A stretch of DNA of 64,000 bases from Trichosphaerium sp. ATCC 40318 (lineage: Eukaryota; Protista; Tubulinea): the NCBI GenBank assembly GCA_038496445.1, contig JALMLS010000342.1, forward strand, positions 186,001 to 250,000, in the 5' to 3' direction. Below the pieces are notes generated by a model. The model did not search any database. It was not told the origin of the DNA and was given only the letters and a program-made list of their open reading frames with translations. Shown piece by piece: positions 42,657 to 55,222 of this stretch (its first letter is position 1; the number at the start of each line of letters is the position of its first letter). Made by a program: the position numbers and the translations under genes.

Positions 42657-43761
42657 ATGGCATTGTTACTTCGCTCTTCTATGCGTACAAGATGTATTGT
42701 TCGCCCAATTCAGCAACACTCCTTCTCTAGAGGCTATGCTGTAGATATTGCCAAAATTAAAGAGCTCAGGTGTGTGGGTTAGCGTACAACGCGTTCTTAA
42801 TTTTGTTTTAGAAAGAATACGCGAGCAGGCATGAACGAGTGCCACAAAGCGCTACAAGACGCAAAAGGAGACGTTGTAGCAGCAGAAGCATTAGTTTTGG
42901 AGCGTATGAGAGAGAAAGGCGCTAAGCGAGCTGGTCGCGAAGCCAACGAGCGATGCGTATGTGGTGATCGCGTGAAATTGGGTATTTCTCCAAGTGTCAC
43001 TGTTTTTGCCCTAACCTTCGTGTAGACGGAAAATACAGAGCAGTGATGCTGGAGCTCACCTCTGAGACAGATTTTGCTGCAAAAGCTGAGAGTGTACTTG
43101 CTTTGATAAGACGTATTAACAAATACGCTTTGACACTCCCTTCTGGAGAGTGTACAACCGAGAAGTTGTTGGGCCAAGCAGATCCAACGACATCTGGCAC
43201 ATTTGGAGAAACAATTGAAACTCTAATGGGTACAACTAAGAGCGTAAAGTACTTGTTCTCACCGAACTAATTTGTTTTGCAAAGGTAAAATGAAAGAAAA
43301 TATTAAACTAAACAGTGTTGCCAGTTACGAGGCTCCATTGGCTTGTGTCTACATCAACACTAAACTAGACGACGCAAACCCTGAAGTTGGTACATAACAA
43401 AACTTTTCGTAGCTCGTGAGTTCACCACTAGACTAGGCAGTGCTGGATCTATAATTTCTGTTGATACGCCTGAACCAGAAAAATTTGATAAGTTTGGTAG
43501 ACAGATGGCACTTCAAGCTCTCTCTATGCGTGCAACTTGTGTTACAAAAGATCAACTACCTGCTGATGGAGAAGCAGACGATGTATTGATGGAGCAAGAG
43601 TACTGGAATGAGGTAAAAAAAATACGTTCAAAACATGTGGTTAATGTGATCGTTAGGATAAATTATCTGTGGCTGATGTCATTGCCAAGCACGAAAAACA
43701 AAATGACTCTACATTTAAAGTACTCAACTTTCAGTTGTTTACCAAACCAGAAGAAGTGTAA
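42657..43761 (+). CDS. TSFM: Mitochondrial elongation factor Ts
   Basis: Arg-rich presequence, IAKIKELR..AGMNECHKAL, LELTSETDFAAK, KMKENIKL. Confidence 0.88.
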
Positions 43762-43994
43762 GTACTTGCTATTAAAACAAATCTCAGAACATCATTGCTA
43801 TACAACAAAAAAAAAATATCCAAAAGAATTTTTTTCCGCCACTACAAAAAACAATCTTGGATGTTGAGCTGTAAGTATAAAATATCAAAAAATATATGGC
43901 CTAAATTTTGATTCTATTGTACAATTCTTTTTTTGGACGGTAAGCTTTTTTGTGTTTGCTTCTTTTCTTTTGTTTTCGATTTTTTTTTCACGTG

Positions 43995-45485
43995 TCAACC
44001 ATAAGTTTCTTCGGGCATAAAATTGAAATCCAAGTAACTAAAATCTTCTGGACCAATGTAACTATTGCTCACTTCATCCAAAGAATAAACTGTTTTGTAC
44101 TTGTGTGTCTTTTTATGGTGTCCTTTTGAATAGCCCACCTTATGGCACTTACTGCATAGATCTGGTGCTGAAACATCAGGGCACGTAATACACTGATAAC
44201 GTGGTCCAAAAATCGGTTCTTGACCGCATTTATCGCACTGTAATTGGAGTTGTTAGCGTTAACGCCAGTGAGTAAAAGATATTGGCACCTTATATCCTAA
44301 ATGGCGCTTATTTCGCTTTGCCACTGGTATGACATACTCTACAGGTTGAGTTTTTGATTTGTTGGGACCAACAGGTCGTGTATTTGTATGTACAGTATAA
44401 TTTTTTACTGGTCCCTTTGTATAAAACTATCCATAGGTATAAGTAACGATAGATCGAGTAAAATAAATAAAAAAGAAAGCGCACTTCTAAATTTGGCAGT
44501 TTCCCTGGTACTGGTAGACCTTTTTATATGTGTAAGTAAATGGCACGTGGTGCTTTTTAAATCAAACGTACCAGCTTTTGCAAGCTTAATAAAATATTTT
44601 TGTACACGGCTAGCAACCTACAACTATGTAAGCAAAAAAATGTGTCAAAAAATGTCACAGTAGAATTATGGTGACAAAAATAATGCAAGTCGTTACCTGT
44701 TTTGGGCTTCTATTACCCAGAGCACGTGCTATTTTTTCCCATCTGTGAGACGCTACAGGTTCATCAGGGTATTGTTCTAGAAGCCTCTCCAGTTTTTGTT
44801 GTTCTTCGGGTGACCACAGCTACAGTGTTCTATTAGTAATGGAAAAAAAGAAGAGACTTGGTGAAGTTTTGTCTAGATTGAAAGTTTTCGGCGTCAAAGT
44901 ACTTGCCTTATTAAAAGAAGCGGGTTTTCGTTTAGTGTACACTCGCCCTCGTATAACGTCACCCTCAGCAGGTGCCTTTTTAAGTTCGGTACTAAGAAAA
45001 AAACAATACAATTAGCAAGCGTGCTACGTTTCAAATGGGTTGTACATACCCCAGGTCAGGTAGAGCGTCAAATTTAGTAATATCTATTGTAGGGCACTCT
45101 GGAATGTCGTACCAAGGTGTGTCCAACGGTGGTCTCGTCTAGGTAAATTAAGACATATTTCGAAGTGTTGAGTGACGTTTATAATGCAACTCTAACAAAT
45201 TCCGCCTCAAATTGTTTAAAGTAAGCGTACCTTGTTCACCAAGCTCTCAATATACGCAGGTGGATCTCGTAGGGCCTCTTGTTTTTTCTTTTCAATTCTG
45301 GCGTAGTCATTTTCAGCCATAGTACGCATTTCGCGTAGTCTTTCAAGGTGGTCAACTAGTTTTATGTACCTGTAATTGTTGAGAAATTGTTGTATTTTTT
45401 ACAACCCGTACTCTTCTGTATTTTTGAATTGCTCATCAAAAGATGGGTGTTCCTCAAGCATGGGTGCTGGACTTTCGTCCGACAT
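43995..45485 (-). CDS. ZZZ3: ZZZ3-like Myb/SANT + ZZ zinc-finger protein
   Basis: [53 protein letters not shown]; [26 protein letters not shown]. Confidence 0.9.
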
Positions 45486-45634
45486 GGAAAAACAAAGGAA
45501 AAACGGCGTTCGTCGTTAAAAAATTCTGTAATTCAGTTTTTTTTTGACTTTTATACAAAAAAGCAAAGTCAAAGGTTAGTCTCACTCCTAAAGTGCCTGG
45601 TTGTGGTTAAACAAGCGAGATTTAGCGTGGGAAA

Positions 45635-46348
45635 ATGTCCAGCAACACTACGCTTGTAAAAGCGTCACGAAAAGAAGTGGGAAGTGCGTGTTTCGATTAT
45701 TTGTACATTGAAATGGTTGCGGAGATCACTAGAATGTGTAAAGACCAGGAGGAAGGTATGGTACATTACAACCTAGAAAATATGGGCTACCGAGTAGGCC
45801 AAAAGTTGGCAGAGAGGTATGACACTTGCACAGCTAGCGTGTTAATTACGAAACGGTTTTTCATTGCAGAAAGCTTTTTTATAGAGCTAGGTTAACGCAT
45901 TGTAGGTACACAGCGAACAAGTTGCGCCACACGAACCTTCTAGAGATTATAAAATACGTTTGCAAAGATTTTTGGGTCGCAACCTTTAAAAAACAAGCAG
46001 ATGGCCTTCGCACAAACAGAAGGGTACCAGTAAGGCGCATTGAGACTCATCTTACCTAACATAAGCAAAAAGGGTGTTTATGTAGTTGCCGACGATAAGT
46101 TTAGATGGTTGACGCGTTTGTCAGCGTCAACGAAGGAGCTAACAGATGAAAAAGCTGCACTGTATCTTATTTTTCCATGTGGCTTGTTGCGCGGTGCTCT
46201 AGCTAACCTTGGCCTTGCTGCAGTAGTAACAGCGAAAGTAAACGGCAAAGTTCCAAAGTGTACGTCCACTAGATTACAAAAAAAAGCGATCGGCAATGTG
46301 TTATTGACACGTAGCATAGGCCATTTCACGATAAAGGTAAAGTTATAA
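45635..46348 (+). CDS. TRAPPC6B: TRAPP complex subunit 6 (Trs33)
   Basis: LENMGYRVGQKLAER, IIKYVCKDFW, LRTNRRGVYV, FPCGLLRGALANLG. Confidence 0.93.
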
Positions 46349-46607
46349 GGCACTGTAGCCTAGCAAGCGAGGGTTCTCTTCAAAATAATTGTAACATAAA
46401 ATAATGAAACCAACTTCCCACCAAAATACCAAGACTTTGCGCCAAAAACGTCAGAAATGTAAATATGGTACGAACAGAAGAACAACAAATACGCGGATTT
46501 TTGTTGCTCCCGTTGTTCAAAGCAGGATCATTGGTGAAGTGTTAGCGAGTAAAGTGTCAATGCTTTGGCGCAAGTTGATTATGATGTTTTTATTATTTAT
46601 GTTACAT

Positions 46608-49600
46608 TTACACCAAGTCAGCATAGTTGGATGGTCTTGATGCCATAATACGCGGTACAATGAATTTCTTGCGTAGCATGTCAAAAGGGACAATCAAACT
46701 TGACAAGAAAATGACAAGTAGCCATTCTTGTAATGTCAGTCCAACTGTTCGCAAGTAGTGTCCGCCAATATATGTGAAAAGTATTTGCACGAAAAAAATG
46801 AAACCTTCAACAATAACAAAGTTCTTGTTGAGGAAAATGTGCTCCAGTATGTTCATACTATTTGTACGCACATTAAAGGCATTAAATACAGTCCCGAAAA
46901 TAAAGTAGCAGAAAAATGCTGTAAGGAATGCGTTCTTAGATGGTTTACCATCACGCATAAACCTAAATCAATGCTGTGAGTGTCACGTGATATTTGCTTG
47001 TAGTGTACCATGTTGGAACTACATCCCAGACCAGCCAAATAAGTGACATGCCAGCGACAAATAGTCCATTTGTGAGGATTGAAGACCACATATATTTGCT
47101 GATAATTGGGGCTTCTCTGTCAACTGGTTTTTCTCTCATGTATCTAACATTTTGGTTAGTTCTGCAGCTGTATGAATAAGATATGGTAGCGCATACTGTA
47201 GGAGTGGCGGTTCACCTCCAAAAGCTAAGGCTGAGAATGTATCCATGACAAGATTTACCCAAAGCAGTTGTATGAGAGTAAGTGGGAAGTCAAAGCCCAA
47301 GAAAGGTCCCAGAAAAACGATAACAGTAGACGCCAGGTTGACAGTTGATTGAAATACTATAAATTTACGGATAGATTTGAATATTGTCCTTCCATACAAG
47401 ATGGCTTTAGTAATCGATTGAAAATTGTCATCTAAATTAAATGTCAATACCAAATAATAATCTTTGTTTTTTAATACCTAGTATTATAATATCTGCTGCT
47501 TCTTTTGCTACTTCAGCACCTGATCCCATACCAAATCTATATTTTGGTTAGTTAAGCACGTTATATTTAGTGCTACTCACGCCACATCTGCATGCTTCAA
47601 TGCAGCAGAGTCGTTGCAACCATCTCCAGTCATGCCAACTACAAAACCTTGTCTTTGAGCACATTTAACTAATCTGCTCTTATCGGTTGGCAGAGCTCTA
47701 TATGTTCACATTAGTTAGTGCTTGTACGACCCTTCAAAAACAAAAAATACCTTGCAACAACACGTAAAGAAGGAAGTTTATACTCTACTTGTTCGTCTGT
47801 CAATTTGTTTAGTTCTTCACTTGTAATCACTGCTTCATTGACATTTGTCATGCCATCAACGAGGCCGCATTCTCTAGCAATCTAAAAGCAATTAGTAAGT
47901 AGCAACAAAAAAACCCAAAAGGTTGTTTGATCGCACAGCGAATGCAGTTTCTTTCTTATCACCAGTTATCATTACAGTTTGTACGCCTGCCCTAAATTAA
48001 AGTTAGGCGACAAGTGATCCGGAAAACAACCGTTGTACCATTTGACAGTTTCTACAGCATCCTTTGTACCATTCCTTATCTTGTCCATCACAGCAATTAT
48101 CCCAACAAGTGTTAAACGAGCTGGAAGGTTTGACTCTTCAAATGGGACATTAGAAGTAGCGATTGCAATGACCCTAAAAAACGTTAAGTAAATACTCCAT
48201 CTGTGTTTAGATAATTTCTCACCTAGCGCTCTTAGCGCATTGTTCATCAATCTCTTGCTTCAAAAGATCAATACTAGTGATGCGACGAACTTGTCCATCA
48301 CCAGTATAGTAGCTTGAACAAATAGGTAACAATACTTCTGGTGCGCCTTTCAAAACAACAACTTCTCCTGTGGAGCTTGCCTCTAGACATGTTCTATAAA
48401 GCATAAACAAAGTGCTGTCTGCAATGGAAGTGAACCTGCTATTAAACCTTGGGAGTTCCATACGAGATGCTGAATACTTGCGCATGCTATTAAAAGGTAA
48501 AGAATCAAGTGTTTTCATCGAGTCATCCATGAGCTGTTCTTCAGGAGTCAGGAAAGACAAGATAGCCTTGTCTGTTGCATTACCGCTATACTCGCTCATT
48601 AGAATGTAGAACCTTACGTGGATTGGTACCCGACAACCTGTCCATCTGGATTGACAACAGTACTCACAGAAGTTCGCAATGTAGTACCCAAAATATCTCT
48701 TAGTTGTGTTGGTACATTATGAATAGTACTAATGGTGTCAGTAATTCACAGTAGTAAAGGGTTTTTTGTACGTGAACGTCTTTGCTGAGCCAGATAAGAA
48801 AGCACTGGGCTCGAATTTTCCACGTGTCATTGTTCCAGTTTTATCTACAAAAAGGAGCGATATACAACCAGCTGTCTCAATACCAACTAACTTCCTCACT
48901 AAGACTTTGTCCTAATATAGTTTTTAAATAAACAAGTACAATAATTTTTGTGATACCTTTAGCAAACGTCCCATATTCATCGCAAGTACTATAGCAATCA
49001 TCATAGGTAGTCCTTCGGGAACAGCCACAACAACAACAATGATTGCAAGCGTAGCTGCTGTAACGCAATCGTACATTACTTTTCCAGGGCTACCAATATA
49101 CCTGCATTTGAACTAAATACTTTTGCACTTCGATGTAAATGTTACGTACTCCATAATAGCAGAGTACTTGTAGTTCTGATCCATAATAATTTGTTTGAAC
49201 ATGAATGAAATGGCAATACATATAGCGCCAATATAAGCCAGCTTAGATATACCATCTGCGAGATGCGATAGCTTTAATTTGAGTGGTGCTATTTAAACAA
49301 AACAAGTCAAAACCACATTGATTTATGTCAAGTTGACGTACCATCTCTGTCATTACTTTTAACCATGTCTGCGTGTAACTGACCATATATAGTGCTTTTA
49401 CCAACTTGTTTAACAAGCATGACGGCTTCACCGTCATCTAAAAGGTACTGTGAGTAAAAACCTAATTTAGTGATGTCCAGTCGTTGTTTTACCAATAGTA
49501 GATGCCATAAATAAGTAGTGAGGATCTCTGAAATCCTGAGTACTTGGTGGTATATAGCCTTCATCCACAGCATTCTTTTCCATGCTCTTTGTCTCTCCAC

Positions 49601-50295
49601 TGAGATCAGCACTGTTGACCCATAGCTTTCCTGCGACAAGGTAACCATCCGCTGGTATGCGATCACCTGCTTCCAAAAGTACGTAGTCACCTAGTTATGT
49701 TGGTACTGTTTAAATATCTTTGCTTCTGCCACGTACCGATTACAATTTCCGAAGAGTATACAACGTCAAGAATATTGTTCCTGCAAGTCGTCAAACAGAC
49801 TTCAACAAATAAAACATGTAAATAAATTGTGACACATTGATTTAATTTAGTGCTAAGCGTAGATACGCTCTTATTTTCGTAGGGACACGTTTTTTTATAC
49901 CGTAGTTGTTACATACCTGAACACTTTTGTTTTATAACGGCTTGCAAGCTGTTGCAATGTTTGAAAGGTGCTTTCGTTCTTGTATTCGAACCACGTTGAA
50001 ACAAATGTAGCCAAAAAAACAGCAATACCGATGCCAAACGCCTCGAACCAGTGTGCATAGCCGAAAAACTAACATCCCAAGTTAGATTATCACAATAAAT
50101 TACTAAACGCACAGCCAATACAACTGTCGTTACCAAAGCAACGCACAGAATCTTAATAAGGGGGTCCTGAAAGTTCTCCAAGAGTTTCTCGTAGAATGTC
50201 TCAATTTCTGGTGGTTCGAGCTCGTTCGTCCCATAGGTGTCTTTTGATTGCACCACCTGCGTGTCAGATAGGCCTTCGTAGTGGAACTTGCCCAT
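46608..50295 (-). CDS. Ca2+-transporting P-type ATPase (PMCA/P2B-like, compact form)
   Basis: GDRIPADG, SGET, VVAVPEGLP, LFVDKTGT, KGAPE, MITGD, MTGDGCND, IQLLWVNLVMDT. Confidence 0.93.
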
Positions 50296-50476
50296 TGTGC
50301 TGACGTGGTTGTAGTTGAACCCCAATTTTAAGGGATTTTAAGTTACACTTGTTTGTTTTGGCGCACTGAGGGGTGAACGTATGCTCGCGCTACAGTTCGC
50401 TTATTTTAGTGGAGCATGCCACTTTTCACGTGCGTGTTATTTTTTTTCTTCAGTCCTTTTTGTTCATCTTGCTCTA

Positions 50477-50684
50477 ATGGATCCTCTTGATGAAATAACA
50501 CTTCCCATGCTTATTGTGATGGCTTTGCCAATAGTTGGAGGTATTAGTACTGTGTAAAGCCCTAATACCTTATTTGGCGTTTTTAGCGCTATGCTTATCG
50601 TACTACATGGTTAATAGTATGAGAAAATGTAAAACTCCTGAAGATATGAATAAAACGCGTAGACTAGCGCCAAAATACGACTAA
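50477..50684 (+). CDS. Putative 53-aa single-pass membrane microprotein
   Basis: Two exons joined by GT..TAG intron: MDPLDEITLPMLIVMALPIVGALCLSYYMVNSMRKCKTPEDMNKTRRLAPKYD*; AATAAA downstream. Confidence 0.55.
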
Positions 50685-50823
50685 TATCTTGTAAAGTATA
50701 CAGTGGCGTATGGGGCGGTTTGCCAAGCGAGTTTAAAAAAAAATAAAGGTTTGCTCACAGTTTTTCGATTGTCAATAAAGGACTCTAATGGTGGTCACGT
50801 GTTTACACGTTTTTATATTATAA

Positions 50824-52146
50824 TCAGGCATCGTCAGAGCTGTTAACCTCCTTTGGCGATTTAGGGCTTTCTTGTAAGTTCTCTTCTGTAATCTTGCTAT
50901 CATCCTCTGGCACACTGTCTTGGTCAATTTGTTTATCATCTGGCTTCGTTTTTTCGTTTACATCGGCAGCTATGCGTGCCGATTTTTTTGAAGATCTTGC
51001 AGACCGAGACCTTGAAGACTTCTTAGATCTGCTTGACTTACTTGATTCTCTAGAAGTTAAACGTTTTAGACGCTTTTTAGAAATTTTCTCGTGCGTTGGC
51101 GTCAAGGGTTCTTCTATCTCTTCTGCTACCTCTTCAGCCGGATCAAGCATAGTGTCATTAAGGACCCAATTATACCTTGGTGTCGTACGTGTTAGTATAA
51201 CGATAAGTACAGTTGGTAACACTTACTTCTGTGCTACAACTTTCACGCTGCCAGCATCAAAGTCTTCTCCCTTCCAATAACCTTTTATAAATTTCGCAAT
51301 TCCTCCGCTTGCCTAGCAATATTGAGAAGGCGTATGACACTATCCATTACCTTGAAATCGTTGCTGTACCACTTGAATATGGCTGAGACATAGAGCTTGT
51401 TTTCTTTGAGTTCTACGCCTCCGTCCTTGTTTATAAACTTGTCTGCAAGCGCATCCATTTGCTTGTCAACTGTTTGAGGGGTAAATGGGTCACGTGATAG
51501 CCTGTAAAAGGGTCAAACCGCAGTGTTGATAAGATCATGTACCTAGGGCATGAAAATGCTCCACAATTTATTGCAAAGTGAATTCTGGGCTCCTTCATTG
51601 GGCGGATAATCTTGTTTGATGTTTTAGGAAGATATTTGTTAAACTGATTTGCGTACGTTATTCTCAAGGGCGTACAGACTCATCTTTTTGCCTCCAATAA
51701 CGTACGTACTGACTTACGTGAGCTAAATGTACAGTGGTACCAAACGTCAACAAACGTACGTAAAAAAAAAGAAGCTAGCGCGTTGTATAAAGCCCAGGTT
51801 GCCACGAAACGAATGGTCGTTACTACAAACGAATCAGCTTACAGTATTCGCACACAAACTTACAGACACTTTTTCCTCATCGCATCTAGTACAATGTAAT
51901 TGTATGCATTCATATAAAAGCACAGAGCTTGTTTGGCGTCCATTGAATTAACATCCGCTGTTTGTATGTGAGTAGTCACAGAATCGAATGCCTCCAACCC
52001 GCTCTTCGATTTGGAGAGAAGGCTAAAGCTCTCAGTTGAATACGCCAATTTCTCCGTTTAACGCACTTGTAATTTACCCAACCATCTTCTGTCACCCACC
52101 GCCTAAGCGATGGAAAGACGTATTCAGAAGAGTTGCTATCATCCAT
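50824..52146 (-). CDS. DUF547-domain protein with S/K/E-rich tail
   Basis: WVTEDGWVNY, ALCFYMNAYN, EPRIHFAINCGAFSCP, VSAIFKWYSNDF, YNWVLN. Confidence 0.88.
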
Positions 52147-52404
52147 GAGTGTGGTATAGTGTAGTGGGTTTTGACAGGCAAACTGCTAGTCGTATCGGAA
52201 AGCCCACTGACGTTGTTTATCATGAAGGGCGCATTGTACGGCGAGTGTTTCGCGAAAGAATGACGCTTTGGGTTTTCCGTTTAGGAAATCAAATTTATTT
52301 AGTGTACCAACGTGGAATGCCAGCTGTCTAGTGTTACAATGCTTACAAAGAACAGAGCTTGTGGTGACACCATTATTTATGTAACAAAACACGTGGTAAG
52401 CAAT

Positions 52405-52795
52405 TTAATAGCGTGGTGGGTAATTGTTGCCAGGTGGAGGACCCCTTCCGCGTCCAGGGAATGGAAGACCGTTGAATTGGCGAGGAGGGCCATTAAAACC
52501 TGGACCAGGAGGACCCATTGGACCTGTGAAAAAAATAAAGAGTTAGGGCAAAGAACATTATGTGGCGAGTATAATAGCTTCGCGAGAACGCGTATTTGGC
52601 ACAATACAAGCTATTAAACAAAAAAGTTATTTAATGCGTATAACGCGTACCTGGAAATACATCTCCGTAAACGAGAAGGCTATAGAAGGATCTTACGCAA
52701 AATTTATGCTTCCACCCATCGTTATGGTTTTTACGCACAGACGGTGAGTCGTGCGTAAGCCAAATATCGCAGTAGTCACAATAATACTTGGGCAT
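52405..52795 (-). CDS. SNRPC: U1 snRNP protein C
   Basis: [30 protein letters not shown] zinc finger, one intron, Pro/Gly/RG tail; absent from the ORF track. Confidence 0.95.
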
Positions 52796-53204
52796 TTACT
52801 TTTCTGCTCGTGTTTTAAGCGCAATCCTCACTTAATGCCTTCAGCGAAGATTTTTTACGTCTGTGCACACAAGATTTGGTAATTTTACATTGAAGGTTAT
52901 TAATAATGCAATTACGTTCTGTGTTAGTAACAGACAATACTAAATTTCATGACATGTCATTTTAATTACGTAAGTGGTATGGTGACAAGCAAATAAAACA
53001 GCCGAACAATGTCATGGCATTTGTATTTCATCGCTTGCTTATAAAGAAAAGTACGGTATCTATGTTGTATAGCCTAAGAACGTGACGATTTCGCTACATA
53101 AGGTGTTTTGGTTCATTTACATCGCTTTATGCATGTTAGCGCTTTTCTACGCGTAAAAAGGTTACTGGGCGTACCGTAGCATAATGTAAGCACTTTCGAA
53201 TGTA

Positions 53205-53454
53205 TTATGGTCCTTTTGGCTTCATACGCTCGTGAATTATAGGAGCGTGCTTTTCAGTACATTCTGTGTATCTTTGAATTGCTTCTGCACATTTGGATGT
53301 GTCGTAGTTGTTTTCCGTCAAGCAAACCTGAATGGCACATGCCAGGTAGTGACAAGGGTCAGTATGCTCTGCAATACCCTGCTCTGTATTTTGCTAGCCG
53401 AAATTTAGTACTCCACGCAAAAACCATAAGCTCACGCACTGTTGCGTCGGACAT
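53205..53454 (-). CDS. CMC4: Twin Cx9C mitochondrial IMS protein CMC4
   Basis: MSDAT|QNTE..DPCHYLACAIQVCLTENNYDTSKCAEAIQRYTEC; absent from the ORF track. Confidence 0.85.
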
Positions 53455-53581
53455 TTAGGAGCAAATAATGTTAAAGTCAAATAACTTAAAATACTTGGGT
53501 TTCCAAAAATATTTTTCTCTTGTACAAAATACAACCATCCACCGTTTACTATTTTTAACCTTTTCATTTGTGCTATTCTAT

Positions 53582-55002
53582 TCATTGCTGCATCATGGCT
53601 TCAAGCTCTGCTCGTGACAAATGAACAGTGTGTCTATCTCGTTTCCTTGCAGCACGTGCTTTTGAAGGGTCATCACTGTTAACTCGAAATGGTGCTGCAG
53701 CTGCAGCACTAGTTGATGATAGTGACTTACGCCTTCGAGGTCTTTTGGGAGCTACCACAGAGTTTTGTTCGTGGTGTATGGCTCTGCGCGAGGGCAAGTT
53801 TTGCGAGGCTGACCTTCCACGCCTCTTCGGCGATGTTGGTTTTTGCTCCGGTTTTACATCATTTGGTATGCGACGTTTTGGTCTTCTAGCAGATTTTGGA
53901 CGAGGATTAGATGGTGGTAATTGAACTTTTGGTTTTCTCCAAAGCTGTAATGATTTACGCCAATTCTTCTTTCGTTTGTTTTGGATTGGAGAGTTTTCTT
54001 CTTCGTCATCGTAGAAATCAAAATCAAGTTCTTCGAGATTCCTACGGACTTTTAACAAAAAACGATACAAAAGTGACTACATACGCATCAAAGAGAGTAG
54101 CACGCCTACCAGCTGGTTTGGCTGATTTGAGGAATATTTCGTTTCTAGCTTCCAATAATTTACGGAAAGCAACCGCCTACGCCATCAATGAGCTTTCCGA
54201 GGCTTGACAGTATGTCTATGACACTTACCATGCTATCCGAGTAAAACTCAAACCTAAATAATTTTTCCTTTTCCACACGTTCATTTGAATCGACGGTCTC
54301 AACACTCAAACGCTTAGGTACCTTACCTAAAGTATCTCGTTAGTGATGTTTTATGATTGAGATGATTCATCATCATACCTTTTGATCTCTTCGCTCGTTT
54401 TATAAGTAAGGGCCCGCGTAGTACAATGTAAAACCATATTTGATAATTCTTTTTTTGAAGTTTTGATAAAAAAATATTGGAAATATCATCAAACGGAAAT
54501 TGTGGTTCTGCCTGAGCACGTGTACGTGAGCAAAGTTCATACTTCCGAATACCTAAAAAACCTTACCTCAAATGACCTCAATAACTTAGTAACAACCTTA
54601 GGACCAGTCCGTGAAGCATTCTTCCAAGCCAAAAATTTAATACCGTGCGCAGACATTTGAGCAATATCCAAGGACATACGTGGGCGTAATTGCTGTGTAA
54701 CTTGGTAAACTATAAATTTATTGCACAAATAGAGTACCTTGACAGCAAAGTAAATATAGCCTCCACTTTCATTGAGGCTGTCTATAAAGGGTTTAGAGAA
54801 AGGCATATTCTCAACGTTCCGTACTCACTGTATCAGAATTGAACGTATTGTTTTTTTGAGCAGCACGCGGGTCCTAAGAAAAGCGCGGTTAGGCATTTAT
54901 TTGATGCTATTTGCGTACATCGGTAAGCTCCAAGGATTCCCACAGATCAACAATACATAGTCGCTCGTTGTTTCCGGCTCGTATAATAGGAATGGTGTCC
55001 AT
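53582..55002 (-). CDS. Hypothetical multi-exon protein with basic disordered C-terminus
   Basis: 162-aa terminal ORF plus upstream short exons with canonical splice sites; 5' structure uncertain. Confidence 0.45.
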
Positions 55003-55222
55003 TCTAACGCCACCAAGTAAATTTGCTTCAAAAGTTGTATTTAAACTCTTAGCCGCCGGAGGCAGATATGATGATAATACGAGGCGACAATATGCGTTAT
55101 TGCGTTTGTAATATTATTAACGAGGGTTTTTTTTAGTTAAGCTACAGTACACGCTATTCACAGATTGAGTGACGTTTACAAAAATAACGACTGAAATTTC
55201 GCGCTTGATGGTGTTGTTTTTT

